This document shows positions 1 through 10,860 of a stretch of DNA of 64,000 nucleotides, piece after piece. Position 1 is the stretch's first letter. Every line of letters begins with the position of its first letter. Under the pieces are notes generated by a model. That model saw only the letters and a list, made by a program, of their open reading frames with translations. It did not search any database and had not been told where the DNA came from. The DNA is from Giardia intestinalis (Eukaryota). The position numbers and the translations under genes are program-made. The DNA is taken from assembly GCA_000002435.2 (NCBI GenBank), contig CM018792.1; one strand, 5' to 3'.

Positions 1-543
1 GGCCTCGTCCTCATACTTAGCAGTCATTCTATTTTCAATCTCCTGGGCCTTCAGGCGATGCTCTTGTGCAGCCTCAAGTTGAAGCTGTTGTTGTGCTTCC
101 TTAGCAATGCGCTGTCGGAGATTGAGCTCCACTTCCTTAATATGACGTTCAATGATTTTGGCCTTGAGCTCGTCCGGGTTATGCGTGGATGTCTGCAAAA
201 GCCCCCCTCGCGGTGTAGATGGAGCTGAAGTAACGTTTGGAAAGCGCAAGTGGGGGTAAAGCGCAGCCTCGGCCTTCGAAATTCCTTGCTCTAAAATTAG
301 CTGGTACTCGGCTATAGCTTGGCTCAGAGCCTCTTTCCGCATTGCCTCATAGTTATCGTAGTAGATGACAAACTCCTTATCCGTTAGATTCTTGTATGCA
401 ATGCGATGCTTTAGTTCTTCGCGAGAAACGTAAAGTATGTCTGGTGGCGTTATCCCACACCTGTTCATGGCCACAATGGACCGCGGGGAAGTCGGCGGAT
501 CGGTAATCTTATCCGCAGGGTTGATCTGCTTGAAACTAGACAT
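1..543 (-). CDS. Hypothetical protein, partial. The N-terminal 180 aa are in the window and the C-terminus lies upstream of position 1.
   Basis: Hand-translated minus-strand ORF with ATG at 543-541 (MSSFKQINPADKITDPPTSPRSIVAMNRCGITPPDILYVSREELKHRIAYKNLTDKEF...). The frame stays open to the window edge. The initiator context is AT-rich. It is absent from the ORF track, probably because it is truncated. Confidence 0.45.
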   Translation of the reverse strand, partial: MSSFKQINPADKITDPPTSPRSIVAMNRCGITPPDILYVSREELKHRIAYKNLTDKEFVIYYDNYEAMRKEALSQAIAEYQLILEQGISKAEAALYPHLRFPNVTSAPSTPRGGLLQTSTHNPDELKAKIIERHIKEVELNLRQRIAKEAQQQLQLEAAQEHRLKAQEIENRMTAKYEDEA

Positions 544-1030
544 GGTGGGGTATTTTTTTGGCGGATCTTTATAGTTAAATTTGTCTCACTTGTCGTAGAA
601 ACGTCCGGACAGCACGATACAACGGTCTATCTTGATAGGATTCCCTCGAGAGGCATACCTTATTTACTAGATGATTGCCTATTATGTGGCTATCCAGGTA
701 TTCGTCTGATAGGCCCCCAACGGCACATCCAGAATGAGAACCGGCGCCAGAGAAAATAGGGGGTTGTCCCTATTTACTTCAGATAGTACACTGTCAAGTC
801 AAAACATAACCAAACCTTCTAAAGCGTATCTACCGGAGCTAGAGATGGTGTTGACCAATCTTGACACTTTGATCACTGATGGACAGCAGCCTCCTTAAGA
901 ACAAAAATTAAGAGTGTAGATTTGTTGCTGAATATAAGTCAAAATCGATGATGTAATTTTTAATATAATAAAGACGAGATTGGTTAGGGGCAGCTTAGTG
1001 CACAAGCTAGCCCTTAGTCCCACGGAGCTG

Positions 1031-2317
1031 TTACTCGAAAAGCACTGGAGGGGCAGTGAGAAGTCTCGCTGTTCCTATGTTTTCTGGGGTGGCACTGAGC
1101 TGCCCTGTGGATTCCTGCAAAACAACTATATGGCGTCCTCGCCGCTGGTTAATGACGTTGGTGGCGGGAGGTTTCGCGTTATTGCGTATCTGAGGGAGCA
1201 TTGGCTCGCGATAGTAGTTATCCTTCGTAAAGGAGGAGTACATAGGAGCGTAGTCTTCAGGCGTCTCCGTAATCTTAACAGACTCTAAAAAGCTCTTCTG
1301 GCTAAGCTCCTGTGCCCGCATTTTAGAGAAAACACTGTGTATTGGTCGGTACACCTCTGGGCGTCTACTCTCTGGAAAGGGCTCGCGTACAATAGATGGA
1401 AGCAGCTTGCTGTCACTCTTGGCACGCCGTTCCTTCCGTGCGAGAGACTCTATGCTACCAGGAGGCTGGTCTGCAAGCTGGAAAGGCACCGGAATCAAAA
1501 CGTCACCCTCGCTAGAAGCTTGGCACAAAGGTGCGCGAGCCAGGGCCTCCCTGTAGTTCTCATAGAGTAGTCGCGTTTTGGAATTCTTAAGCACCTCTTC
1601 ATACAGTCTGCCACGATCATGGTAAGGCTTCCAGGTTGTGTCTTGTGGATTGATGAAGGGGACCTCGGAGGCATTATCAAGCTCCCATGGTGGTCTGTCC
1701 AGATCCTTCTGCACAGTAAATTTGTGATCGCATGCTTGCTTTGTCTCCTCTATAAGCTCGCGACGACGAGCAAGCATCAATGCCCGTTGAGTCATAGGCT
1801 CTCGGCCCTCAGAGCTACTGAGATTGGCTTGTGCGATAATCCTATCCTGATATTGAGTGTATTTCTGATGGCGCTGCTTGAAGTACTTTGAGGTCTCCGC
1901 GATGGTCTTGTCGGCTTCAACTTGATAGCGTTTGGCGCGCTGCTCCTTTAATTCAGTGAGTGTCTTAACAGGCGGTTGATCAGTAGAATCTGGCAAAAGG
2001 AAATCGTGGCTCTTAACTGTGGTGTCCACCTGTATCTTAGAATCATCAAGTGCAGGGTCCCGAACAATCACCCCGGCCCTCGGAACCTTGTGGGCCTGCT
2101 CAATCAGCTTCTCCTCTTTATAAGAAGGATAAATACCGTAGTACTCTGGCGCTGGCCGGCGAGAAAAGGCTCCTAATGCCTTCCGCTCTTCTTGCGCATA
2201 AGTCACACCTTGCTCTATTTCACCTTTTGTCAGCACTATCCGATCAGATAGGTCGTTGCAGGGGGCCTCTAGCTCAGCATTGTAATCGGATCTGGTCAAG
2301 TAAGCGGACTGATGCAT
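1031..2317 (-). CDS. Hypothetical protein, 428 aa
   Basis: Long ORF with a true ATG (cat at 2315-2317). AT-rich initiator context (aaaattaccttcatataaATG). No family motif recognised. Confidence 0.6.
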   Translation of the reverse strand: MHQSAYLTRSDYNAELEAPCNDLSDRIVLTKGEIEQGVTYAQEERKALGAFSRRPAPEYYGIYPSYKEEKLIEQAHKVPRAGVIVRDPALDDSKIQVDTTVKSHDFLLPDSTDQPPVKTLTELKEQRAKRYQVEADKTIAETSKYFKQRHQKYTQYQDRIIAQANLSSSEGREPMTQRALMLARRRELIEETKQACDHKFTVQKDLDRPPWELDNASEVPFINPQDTTWKPYHDRGRLYEEVLKNSKTRLLYENYREALARAPLCQASSEGDVLIPVPFQLADQPPGSIESLARKERRAKSDSKLLPSIVREPFPESRRPEVYRPIHSVFSKMRAQELSQKSFLESVKITETPEDYAPMYSSFTKDNYYREPMLPQIRNNAKPPATNVINQRRGRHIVVLQESTGQLSATPENIGTARLLTAPPVLFE

Positions 2318-2518
2318 TTATATGAAGGTAATTTTTGTCCTAAAATCTTCATGGGGAATTCGGCGTCCATCGCTGGAACGCCGTAGTTCTGCAGAGAGTT
2401 CTAGATGTTAGCCAAAAGATGGGGATCTATAATATCTACAAGTAAAATTTACGCACTACCGTGAATTTGCAGACCAAAATAATCTCACCCTCGTGCAAGC
2501 ACCAGAACTAGATACGGT

Positions 2519-3283
2519 ATGAGCACGCACAGAAGCACCAATTGTCAGCCCAGCAATTTGCAAGGTTCTGAATATCCAGAGGGAAGAAGGAAAGGAGACA
2601 ATGTCACCCGTGGTCTTTTTGTCGTCATAGAAGGTCTTGATAGAGCTGGAAAGGACACAATGATTGGGCAAGTAGTAGCTCTACTAAGGCAGGCCGGGGA
2701 GTCTGTCGTGGTACAAGCGTTCCCAGACCGCACAACCAAATCCGGTGCCGTCTTGGACCGCTTTTTGCAACGAGAGCTCGATCTCAGTGACTGGGACTGT
2801 CACAGGCTATACGCTGAAAACAGAAAAGAACTCGAAGAAGTGCTATGCAATACATTGCTGGCTGGAACAACGGTAATCTGCAGTCGTTATGCCTATAGCG
2901 GTGTAGCATACACGGCTGCTAAGGGGCATGATATGCGTAGATGTATGGAGGCAGACAAAGGCCTTCTACGACCAGATTTAGTAATCTTTCTTGACGTCGA
3001 TGCAAGTGCCGTTGCAGTGCGAACTGGCTTTGGAAAGGAACGTTACGAAACACAGGACTTCCAAGTAAAGGTCTATACTGCTTTCCAAACACTTTGGGAG
3101 CTTCTTCGCAATTCTCAAAATGGGTCCCAGGATGAGGAAGATCGTACTACTTTGCTCACCATCCGTCCCGAAGACATCTCCGAGGCTCCCAAGCAGATCC
3201 TACAGGCCATTCTTGAGCGTAAGAAGAGGGTCCGGCACACCCTATGCAGAGACTTATTTCATTTAGAATTGAATTTGTGTTAG
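2519..3283 (+). CDS. TMPK: Thymidylate (dTMP) kinase
   Basis: P-loop 'VVIEGLDRAGKDT', matching the thymidylate kinase signature IEGxDxxGKTT. Length 254 aa. ATG at 2519. Confidence 0.8.
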   Translation: MSTHRSTNCQPSNLQGSEYPEGRRKGDNVTRGLFVVIEGLDRAGKDTMIGQVVALLRQAGESVVVQAFPDRTTKSGAVLDRFLQRELDLSDWDCHRLYAENRKELEEVLCNTLLAGTTVICSRYAYSGVAYTAAKGHDMRRCMEADKGLLRPDLVIFLDVDASAVAVRTGFGKERYETQDFQVKVYTAFQTLWELLRNSQNGSQDEEDRTTLLTIRPEDISEAPKQILQAILERKKRVRHTLCRDLFHLELNLC

Positions 3284-3305
3284 AATAAAATACTCCCTAC
3301 GACAT

Positions 3306-6002
3306 ATGCCCCACTTTACGACGGAGCAGATCCGCGAATGCATGGATCACCAGGACCGCATCCGCAACATGTCGGTCATTGCTCATGTCGATCACGGAAA
3401 GTCGACACTGACAGACTCTCTCATCGCACACGCCGGAATCATCTCCATGGGCTCAGCAGGGAACACGCGTTTCACAGATACACGCCAGGATGAGAAGGAC
3501 CGCTGCATCACAATCAAGTCTACAGGCGTCTCCCTCTACTATGAGTGGACGGATGAGAACAAGGTTGTGATGGAGGAAGCCGCGAAGAAGGCCGCAGAGA
3601 AGGTGGCCAAGGCGGGAGAGAATGTCGAGGATGTCAAGGCAGACAAGAAGGATAAGAAGAAGGATGAGGAAGACGCGATTGCCACCGCAGAATCCGGCGG
3701 TTATCTGATCAACCTCATCGACTCTCCGGGGCATGTAGACTTCTCGTCTGAGGTCACGGCCGCCCTCCGTGTCACGGACGGCGCGCTGGTCGTTGTAGAC
3801 TGTGCCGAGGGTGTTTGCGTCCAGACGGAAACTGTTCTGAGACAGGCCTTGTCCGAGCGTGTCATCCCGTGCCTCATGCTCAACAAAGTCGACCGTGTCA
3901 TCATGGAGCTCAAGCTTTCCGGCGAGGATGCCTTCCTCATGTTCGAGAAGACCATCGGCGAGGTCAATCAGCTCATAGCTACATATCAGGACAAGACCCT
4001 CTTCAATGAGAAGAAGTACAAGAAGATCTTCGGCAACCGTACAGATCTGTGTGTTGATCCGTCGCGCGGAAACGTCGCCTTCGGGTCCGGGCTTCACGGT
4101 TGGGGCTTCACAGTCACACACTTTGCGCGAATCTACACGAAGAAGTTCGGTGGCGAGCTCTCGACATGGATGAAGAATCTCTGGGGAAATCGCTTCCTCA
4201 ACGAGAAGACGGGCAAGTGGACCGGCAAGAGCCAGGGCGACAATGGTGAGAAGAACCAGCGAGGCTTCGCCATTTATGTCATGGACCCAATCCTCCAGCT
4301 ATTCGATGCCGTCATGACTGAGCAGAAGAAGAAGTATACTAAGATGCTCAAGCAGCTCAACGTCACGCTCACACCCGATGAGGAGGACATGACTGGCAAG
4401 CGCCTCCTCAAGGCCGTCATGCAGAAGTTCCTCCCTGCTGCGGACGCGCTCCTTGAGATGATCATCGTTCACCTTCCATCTCCGAAGAAGGCTCAGCAGT
4501 ACCGTGTTGACACGCTCTACACCGGCCCTCTGGACGACCCTGCTGCTGAAGCCATCAGGAACTGTGATCCTAACGGCCCGCTCATGCTTTACGTATCGAA
4601 GATGGTTCCAACCGTGGACAAGTCCCGTTTCTTCGCTTTCGGTCGTGTCTTCTCGGGTGTGGTCCAGACAGGCCAGAAGGTCCACATCATGGGGCCAGAG
4701 TACCACCCTGGTACGAGTAAGAAGGATGAGCTTTTCATCAAGAACATCCAGAGGACCATCCTTATGATGGGCTCCAGGATTGAGCAGATTGACGACGTTC
4801 CTTGCGGCAACACGGTTGGGCTGGTCGGCATAGATCAGTATCTCGTCAAGTCCGGAACCATCTCCACCTATGAGCAAGCCCACTCGATCAAGCCGATGAA
4901 GTTCTCTGTTTCCCCCGTCGTCCGCGTGGCTGTTGAACCCGCAAACCCGAAGGATCTCCCTAAGCTTCTCGAAGGCATGAAGCGTCTCGACAAGTCCGAC
5001 CCGTGCGTCATGTGCATCTGTGACAAGGATGAGAACCAGAACATCATCGCGGGTGCAGGTGAGCTGCATCTTGAGATCTGCCTCAAGGACCTCAGGGAGG
5101 ACTTCTGCGGCGGGATGGACATCCGCGTCTCGGATCCAGTTGTCTCGTATCGCGAGACTGTCACGGAGAAGTCGACGAAAGTCGTCATGGCAAAGAGTGC
5201 GAACAAGCACAACAGGCTCTACTTTGAGGCCGAGCCCATCTCCGAAGAGGTCATTGAGGCCATCAAGGACGGCGAGATTACGAGCGAGCAGGATTCGAAG
5301 GTGCGTGCGCGTATTCTGACGGACAAGTACGGCTGGGATTCCGACGAGGCGAAGCAGATCTGGTCCTTTGGCCCCGTGGGCGCCAGCTCCGGCCACATGA
5401 CCAACCTCATCCTCGAAGCCACAAAGGGTGTCCAGTACGTCAAGGAGTCCAAGGAGCACATCGTCTCTGGGTTCCAGATCGTCTGCAGGAACGGCGTTCT
5501 CGCCGGCGAGGAGCTTGTCGGAACCTGCTTCAAGCTCCGTGACGCCACGTTCCACGCGGACGCCATCCATCGTGGCGCGGGCCAGCTCACACCAGCGACG
5601 CGCAGAGGTCTCTATGCTGCCTGCCTCTACGCCAGCCCGATGCTCATGGAGCCGTTCTACCTTGTTGACATCCTCGCTCCTGAGGGCTGCATGGGCGGCA
5701 TCTACTCCACGATGAGCAAGCGCCGTGGGGTGGTCATCTCTGAAGAGCCTCGTGAGGGCCAGCCGCTTACAGAGGTCAAGGCGCACCTACCTGTCGCAGA
5801 GTCCTTTGGCTTCGACGCAGACCTTCGTGCTGCGACGTCCGGCCAGGCGTTCCCTCAGTGTGTCTTCTCGCACTACGCCCTCATCCCGTCGTCTCCCCTG
5901 CAGACGGGCAGCCAGGCGCAAGGCATCATGCTCTCCATCCGTAAGCGCAAGGGCATGAAGGAGGTTGTTCCAGACGTTTCCGAGTATGAGGACAAGCTTT
6001 GA
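3306..6002 (+). CDS. EF2: Translation elongation factor 2 (EF-2)
   Basis: N-terminal G-domain 'NMSVIAHVDHGKSTLTDSLI'. Collinear EF-2 domain order, 898 aa. AGTAAAT overlaps the stop codon (6002-6008), matching the Giardia poly(A) consensus AGTRAAY. Confidence 0.95.
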   Translation: MPHFTTEQIRECMDHQDRIRNMSVIAHVDHGKSTLTDSLIAHAGIISMGSAGNTRFTDTRQDEKDRCITIKSTGVSLYYEWTDENKVVMEEAAKKAAEKVAKAGENVEDVKADKKDKKKDEEDAIATAESGGYLINLIDSPGHVDFSSEVTAALRVTDGALVVVDCAEGVCVQTETVLRQALSERVIPCLMLNKVDRVIMELKLSGEDAFLMFEKTIGEVNQLIATYQDKTLFNEKKYKKIFGNRTDLCVDPSRGNVAFGSGLHGWGFTVTHFARIYTKKFGGELSTWMKNLWGNRFLNEKTGKWTGKSQGDNGEKNQRGFAIYVMDPILQLFDAVMTEQKKKYTKMLKQLNVTLTPDEEDMTGKRLLKAVMQKFLPAADALLEMIIVHLPSPKKAQQYRVDTLYTGPLDDPAAEAIRNCDPNGPLMLYVSKMVPTVDKSRFFAFGRVFSGVVQTGQKVHIMGPEYHPGTSKKDELFIKNIQRTILMMGSRIEQIDDVPCGNTVGLVGIDQYLVKSGTISTYEQAHSIKPMKFSVSPVVRVAVEPANPKDLPKLLEGMKRLDKSDPCVMCICDKDENQNIIAGAGELHLEICLKDLREDFCGGMDIRVSDPVVSYRETVTEKSTKVVMAKSANKHNRLYFEAEPISEEVIEAIKDGEITSEQDSKVRARILTDKYGWDSDEAKQIWSFGPVGASSGHMTNLILEATKGVQYVKESKEHIVSGFQIVCRNGVLAGEELVGTCFKLRDATFHADAIHRGAGQLTPATRRGLYAACLYASPMLMEPFYLVDILAPEGCMGGIYSTMSKRRGVVISEEPREGQPLTEVKAHLPVAESFGFDADLRAATSGQAFPQCVFSHYALIPSSPLQTGSQAQGIMLSIRKRKGMKEVVPDVSEYEDKL

Positions 6003-6008
6003 GTAAAT
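6002..6008 (+). promoter_or_regulatory. Putative polyadenylation signal AGTAAAT (EF-2)
   Basis: Matches the Giardia consensus AGTRAAY and overlaps the TGA stop. Confidence 0.5.
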
Positions 6009-6012
6009 ATAA

Positions 6013-6237
6013 ATGGACGAAAAGGTCCGGGTAAGCTATGAGGCCCAGCTGGTGGAGGCGCGTGCGACCGTCCGGGAGGTTAGTCGCCGGGAAGACGAGG
6101 TGGCGGCTGCTGTTAAGATCATTTCTGACCTAAACGCTACTCTGAGCGCCATCGCTGCTCGTCAGGATGAGATACTTAAAGAGATGAGTGCGGTATACGC
6201 CGGGACATCAGCTCTTCTAAATAAGAGAGACGGGTGA
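6013..6237 (+). CDS. Small hypothetical protein, 74 aa, predicted helical/coiled-coil
   Basis: ATG-initiated ORF that exactly fills the 250-bp gap between EF-2 and the next gene. AT-rich initiator (aaatataaATGG). No homology recognised. Could be spurious. Confidence 0.3.
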   Translation: MDEKVRVSYEAQLVEARATVREVSRREDEVAAAVKIISDLNATLSAIAARQDEILKEMSAVYAGTSALLNKRDG

Positions 6238-6258
6238 CTCGTAGGTAGGCTGCGGTAA

Positions 6259-7914
6259 ATGAAAATGTCGGTATTGTTTGTTGGTGGGACTGCAGAGCAA
6301 TGCATAGCAGCGGCGATTCTTCAGCAGCGAGGGATCAAGTGCAGCGTTGTTGGGGCATGCCACGAATTGGGCGCCCCTTGGATAGGAGTTCCTATCAGTG
6401 TTCTTTGTGGCTGCAGCGGTACAGAGACCAGTGCTTCCGATGCTCTCCCCGCTGGCCTCTCTGTTGTCTTCGCTGAGCTTTCGTGGACCGAAGCCGAACA
6501 GAATATGCTGGCGCCACTGAGCTATGAATGCATGACAGAAGTACTGCCCTTGAACTCTTCTTTGATCCTGATGTCAAGTGTAGCTAACATGAGCGAGTAC
6601 TACCGCTTTATCTTTCTGGAAGAGCCTCTCTCATTGTGCAATGGTCAGGTTTTGCACGCTGCCAATTCAATAGCCTCCTTGATGAGGTCCGAGACATACA
6701 CAATCACTCAACGGCGAAATATTATTCGCTTTCTGAAGGCGATGGAACAGTATATTAAGGCTTTTCACTTATCGTATATTGAATTCACAGATCGAGAGGA
6801 CGCAGATGTTAACTATTTGGCGATGCCTAATGAAGTAACTATTCTCAAGCAATTTGAAGAAGATAACGTGCAAATTTTGGCTGTAGGTGAGTATTTTAAG
6901 GTTCCCCAGATCTTCTTTTCACAGCTTCTCTGTGTTGCCATGGAGTCGCTGGCCAATCTGACATTTACCGACCTACTGAAAGGAGTAGTATGCTTGTATC
7001 AATCACTCAGTGGCCATCGCTCTCGATGTGTATTAGAATATGGATTCTCAGATATACCCCAATCATTTGTTAGAGTTCTCTTCTGTCACGGAGGATTGGG
7101 AATTTCCAGATGCTCAGCTAAGGTGTATCCCAATGGGATCCAGATTACACCAATAACGGGGGATGCTATTGAGGTATCCCCAACTGTGATATATATCGCT
7201 GACACCTCTCTCACCATGCCTGTGATTCAAGTAGTCTTCATTTTGCGAGACATTGATGGCACATTCGCTTCCTATTTTTGTACTCACATTGCTCCAACGG
7301 GATCAGAGAACTCTGCTGCAAGCAACGGTCACATGCCCGTTAACTTCAGTTGCCTTCTTTCTAGTCATATTGCAGTTGTTCGTGTCGGGGAAGGGTGCCA
7401 TTTAAGACGTGGATTTCTCTCCATTACCGTCTGCTGTCCATGTAAAGTGGAAAGCGATGAGTCAATAGCAGTCATTGTTCGCAACATACAAAAGTCAGTT
7501 CGCACAGAGATGCCCCAATTCATGGGCATCGAAATCCAACAGTTCCAGGCTGCCGAGTGCGCAGTGTTTGCAACCTACTACAACCAGGATAAGTACATTC
7601 TCCAGTCGAGTCTGTTTACAGATGGCCAAATCCAGGATCTAAAAGAGCGGTACACAGTTAAGTGTCACTCAGAGCTATTCACAAACGGACCATCCGCGTG
7701 CTCCGTGTCGACAACCTTAACAGGGGCGACTATTCTAATTAAGGACGTGCTAGGTGACGCTGTTGGAGAGGTCCTGAACTGGGTCACAGACTTGAGAAGG
7801 ACTGCTAGGGTAGATGCATGCAAGAGACTATTCAATAGGTCGAAGAACGATGGGGGTAAAATACACCCTGATGATGCTGGGCAAGATTCTAACGAATTTA
7901 TGAACGACAGCTAG
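6259..7914 (+). CDS. Hypothetical protein, 551 aa
   Basis: Long ATG-initiated ORF (atgaaaatg). No recognisable domain. Confidence 0.55.
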   Translation: MKMSVLFVGGTAEQCIAAAILQQRGIKCSVVGACHELGAPWIGVPISVLCGCSGTETSASDALPAGLSVVFAELSWTEAEQNMLAPLSYECMTEVLPLNSSLILMSSVANMSEYYRFIFLEEPLSLCNGQVLHAANSIASLMRSETYTITQRRNIIRFLKAMEQYIKAFHLSYIEFTDREDADVNYLAMPNEVTILKQFEEDNVQILAVGEYFKVPQIFFSQLLCVAMESLANLTFTDLLKGVVCLYQSLSGHRSRCVLEYGFSDIPQSFVRVLFCHGGLGISRCSAKVYPNGIQITPITGDAIEVSPTVIYIADTSLTMPVIQVVFILRDIDGTFASYFCTHIAPTGSENSAASNGHMPVNFSCLLSSHIAVVRVGEGCHLRRGFLSITVCCPCKVESDESIAVIVRNIQKSVRTEMPQFMGIEIQQFQAAECAVFATYYNQDKYILQSSLFTDGQIQDLKERYTVKCHSELFTNGPSACSVSTTLTGATILIKDVLGDAVGEVLNWVTDLRRTARVDACKRLFNRSKNDGGKIHPDDAGQDSNEFMNDS

Positions 7915-7944
7915 GGATAACAATTAGTTGTGCAGATCCTTCCG

Positions 7945-9324
7945 TTAAGCCTGAGGCGCAGTTTGAGTTGCTTTGGGTGTTGTTATCCCTATGCACGCTA
8001 GAATAAAGGTTAGAAGTATGAGGAACCCCATCACAGAAAGTGTTATTAGGAGCCATAGTTCTATTCGCAGGCCTGCTATCTCCACTATCCGATTTCTGGC
8101 TGCTGAAATGTTCGTTGTATACTGAAGCGATCGATGTGCTGTGCTGCTGTTTACCTTTCTTTCTAACTCATCTATTCGCAGTAAGACCGTCTCGAACGTT
8201 GAGTTTAGCTTCTGCTGAGAAAAGTCATAGACGTTCATGGTGGGCAAAAGAGTATTTGTTTGCATAGTACGACTGGGAAGCAATTGCGAAGAGTACTCAT
8301 CCTTCGGCTGAGAGTCAAAATAGCTTTTCGTGCTCTTTGTTAGTTGAAAGGCACTTGTAGAAGATTGCATCGCCGATTGGGGACGAACTGGTTCGGATAT
8401 TGTTTCGTTGTAGATTAATCCAATTGTGCCTGCAGATGGAAGTGCGCTTGCTTCTATTGTGTCGTACTTGCACCTTTGGTGTGATCCAAGAGAGGATGTG
8501 GCACTGAGATACTTGGCTCTTTCGGGAATGGGAACACTGTTCATGCTAAGATAGATAATAAATGTTAGGATTCCATGTTGTGACGACGTGGGCTCTCCAG
8601 CGCTCATAAGAGCAGATTGGACAACTTTGTGCGGGACGGCCTTCACGCCGCTGCTAATTCGCCCAAACTGGTACACGAGTGAATTGGCACTGTTACTATT
8701 CCTATCTAGAACCCACTGCTGCAAGATGTGTTTTGGCTTCTTCCCGTGTGTACGTGAGTGGACTACTGATAGAAGCTCATAGTCCACTCCAAGATCCAAA
8801 TAGCTAACAGGGACATCACGCAGCTTCTCTCGCGCAGCGTTGTAGAAGATCATGAGGATAGGAGACTCTTTGATACTAAAAGAGGCCTGGTGACATTGCT
8901 TGCATGCGAGGCACTTAGCTGCATCAGCAAAAGAGACGTCTAGGGCGTCTCCAGGAAGAGACAAGAAGAAGCTTAGATGCTCGTATCCACACGCTGTACA
9001 TGAAAGAGTGCACTTGAAAAATCTGTCTACTAAAAGTTTCGGCATTGACAGAAGAATCAGCTCCAAATACTGATTGAAATTGGTCGTAACTCCAATATCT
9101 GGAAGCCCCGCAGACTTTAGTAGTTTAACTATGAGCCCAAGATCCACCTCACCCGTGGGCGCCTCTGACAGAGCATGAACCCAGGCTCTCTGTGCAGGCG
9201 TACTTGTTGCTTCGAGCAAAGGCCAGGACTGCAGGTCATCATCTATAATCTCACTGGCACAAAGAATAGCGCGCACAAACGGAGTAACTAGGCATTCTGG
9301 GTCGTTTGAAAAGAGAACCTGCAT
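7945..9324 (-). CDS. Hypothetical protein, 459 aa, with a C-terminal hydrophobic (tail-anchor-like) segment
   Basis: True ATG (cat 9322-9324). C-terminus 'LLITLSVMGFLILLTFILACIGITTP' is a predicted TM helix. Several Cys pairs occur mid-protein. Confidence 0.55.
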   Translation of the reverse strand: MQVLFSNDPECLVTPFVRAILCASEIIDDDLQSWPLLEATSTPAQRAWVHALSEAPTGEVDLGLIVKLLKSAGLPDIGVTTNFNQYLELILLSMPKLLVDRFFKCTLSCTACGYEHLSFFLSLPGDALDVSFADAAKCLACKQCHQASFSIKESPILMIFYNAAREKLRDVPVSYLDLGVDYELLSVVHSRTHGKKPKHILQQWVLDRNSNSANSLVYQFGRISSGVKAVPHKVVQSALMSAGEPTSSQHGILTFIIYLSMNSVPIPERAKYLSATSSLGSHQRCKYDTIEASALPSAGTIGLIYNETISEPVRPQSAMQSSTSAFQLTKSTKSYFDSQPKDEYSSQLLPSRTMQTNTLLPTMNVYDFSQQKLNSTFETVLLRIDELERKVNSSTAHRSLQYTTNISAARNRIVEIAGLRIELWLLITLSVMGFLILLTFILACIGITTPKATQTAPQA

Positions 9325-9345
9325 GGATTTACTTCTTACTTTTTT

Positions 9346-10860
9346 CTACTTGTACCTCGACAAAAACTCGTACATCTCTGGGTTCTTCTCCTTCTTGACC
9401 ATGTAGAAGGCAGTTGAACCGTTCTTTAAGCGGAAGTTGTGCTCCCTCCCGGCGAGTCTTTTGACCGCATCAAGGTGATTGTGCACCACAGCCTTATGAA
9501 GCGCCGTTGTTCCATCGACGGTCTGCATCCCAATCTCATCTGTTAATAGGTCAATGATATCGCAGTGGTTATTGGTTGCAGCACTCATGGTTGCAGTCCA
9601 TCCGTCGCGCCTCGTCTTTCCGATCTCCTTAGGAGCCAGGAGCTTACAGATCTCGTAGTGTCCATTGTGTGCAGCTTTCATTAGTGCAGTCGTCCCCGAA
9701 TTAGCCTGAAGTCCGGCTTCCTTTTCCAAGAGAAGCTGAACGAAGTCAAGGTAGCCCTTAGAGGCGGCGATCATGAGTGCGGTGGTCCCGTATATGTTCT
9801 TGAGCCCACCCTGTTCATCCAGAAGCTCCTTTGCTCGGTCGAATTGTTTCTCCTCCACAGCAAGCATAAGCGGAGTATTGCCCTCACAATCCCTGTCGAA
9901 AGGTTCGTTCTGCTTAATGTTGGCGAGGGCAGCACGACCGCCATCTTCGCGGTTTGATGCACCGTAATCTCCGCCCATAATCTTGCGAACTGGACGAACA
10001 ACGGATTGATCCTTGTTTTGCTCCTTTGCCTTGCTGAGCTGGTTGGAGAGAATGCTCTGCTCTCTGGCCATCTCCTCTAGGGCCTTTTCCTTATCTGCCA
10101 GCATCTTGTTCTTTTCATTGATCTCGTTGCGCAGAATTCTCAGCTCGTCCTCATATTTGTTGCTATCGATATCGGCAGTCGAGCTCGTTATGACGTGAAG
10201 CTTCTCTTCAGTAGGCTTGGTGGAAGAGCAGCCAGCGCTGAGTTTCGTTATATGGATATGAGGAGCCTCGTACGACGAGATGCTTCCCGGGCTCACCTTC
10301 TTGGCCGCTATGGCATGCAGATAGCTGGCAATCTTTGCATGCGAGTGTTCACGGGCCTTATGCTCTGCCTGCTCCAGCAACTTCTTATTATATTTCTTTG
10401 TCGAGGTTAAGATGCAGTCGACTAGCTCTTCGTCACCTGCAATCGCAGCACAATCAAGCGCATTATTATGATCGCCGTTCTTCTCGGTCGTAAGAAACTC
10501 GAGCAGAATCCCGATACTCTTCATAGAGCGATGTTTGACGGCGACGTGGAGAGCCGTGTCTCCATTGGGTAATTTGATATTGGACTCTGCAGCAGCCAAA
10601 CACTCTACGACTTCGTCGTGATCAAGTTTGGCGCCAATCATGAGTGCAGTCTCTCCATCGTGATTTTGGCGGGAGGTTTCGTAGGCCTGAAGAAGTTTGA
10701 CGAGTTCAAGGTTGTTCCCCCGTGCTGCAATCATAAGGGCTGTTTCACCCTGAGGATCACACGATGTAGCGTACTCATTTACCATGCGCTCGACCTCCCC
10801 GAGGGACCCGGCGGCAACTGCATTGAACCACTCCACAGTGTTTGGCTTCGAGTCAGTCAT
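9346..10860 (-). CDS. Ankyrin-repeat protein (Giardia 'protein 21.1' family)
   Basis: Tandem ankyrin repeats (GETALMIAARGNNLELVKLL, GTTALMIAASKGYLDFVQLL, GTTALMKAAHNGHYEICKLL). Start placed at the internal ATG 10860 (MTDSKPNT...). The upstream ATG at 10968 would overlap the 3' end of the next gene, which stops at 10926. Confidence 0.8.
   Translation of the reverse strand: MTDSKPNTVEWFNAVAAGSLGEVERMVNEYATSCDPQGETALMIAARGNNLELVKLLQAYETSRQNHDGETALMIGAKLDHDEVVECLAAAESNIKLPNGDTALHVAVKHRSMKSIGILLEFLTTEKNGDHNNALDCAAIAGDEELVDCILTSTKKYNKKLLEQAEHKAREHSHAKIASYLHAIAAKKVSPGSISSYEAPHIHITKLSAGCSSTKPTEEKLHVITSSTADIDSNKYEDELRILRNEINEKNKMLADKEKALEEMAREQSILSNQLSKAKEQNKDQSVVRPVRKIMGGDYGASNREDGGRAALANIKQNEPFDRDCEGNTPLMLAVEEKQFDRAKELLDEQGGLKNIYGTTALMIAASKGYLDFVQLLLEKEAGLQANSGTTALMKAAHNGHYEICKLLAPKEIGKTRRDGWTATMSAATNNHCDIIDLLTDEIGMQTVDGTTALHKAVVHNHLDAVKRLAGREHNFRLKNGSTAFYMVKKEKNPEMYEFLSRYK

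Noticed and set aside
4299-5786. 495-aa minus-strand ORF inside EF-2, and a similar ORF at 3453-4121
   Set aside because: They are antisense to a highly conserved EF-2 coding region. They are GC3-driven open frames, not genes.
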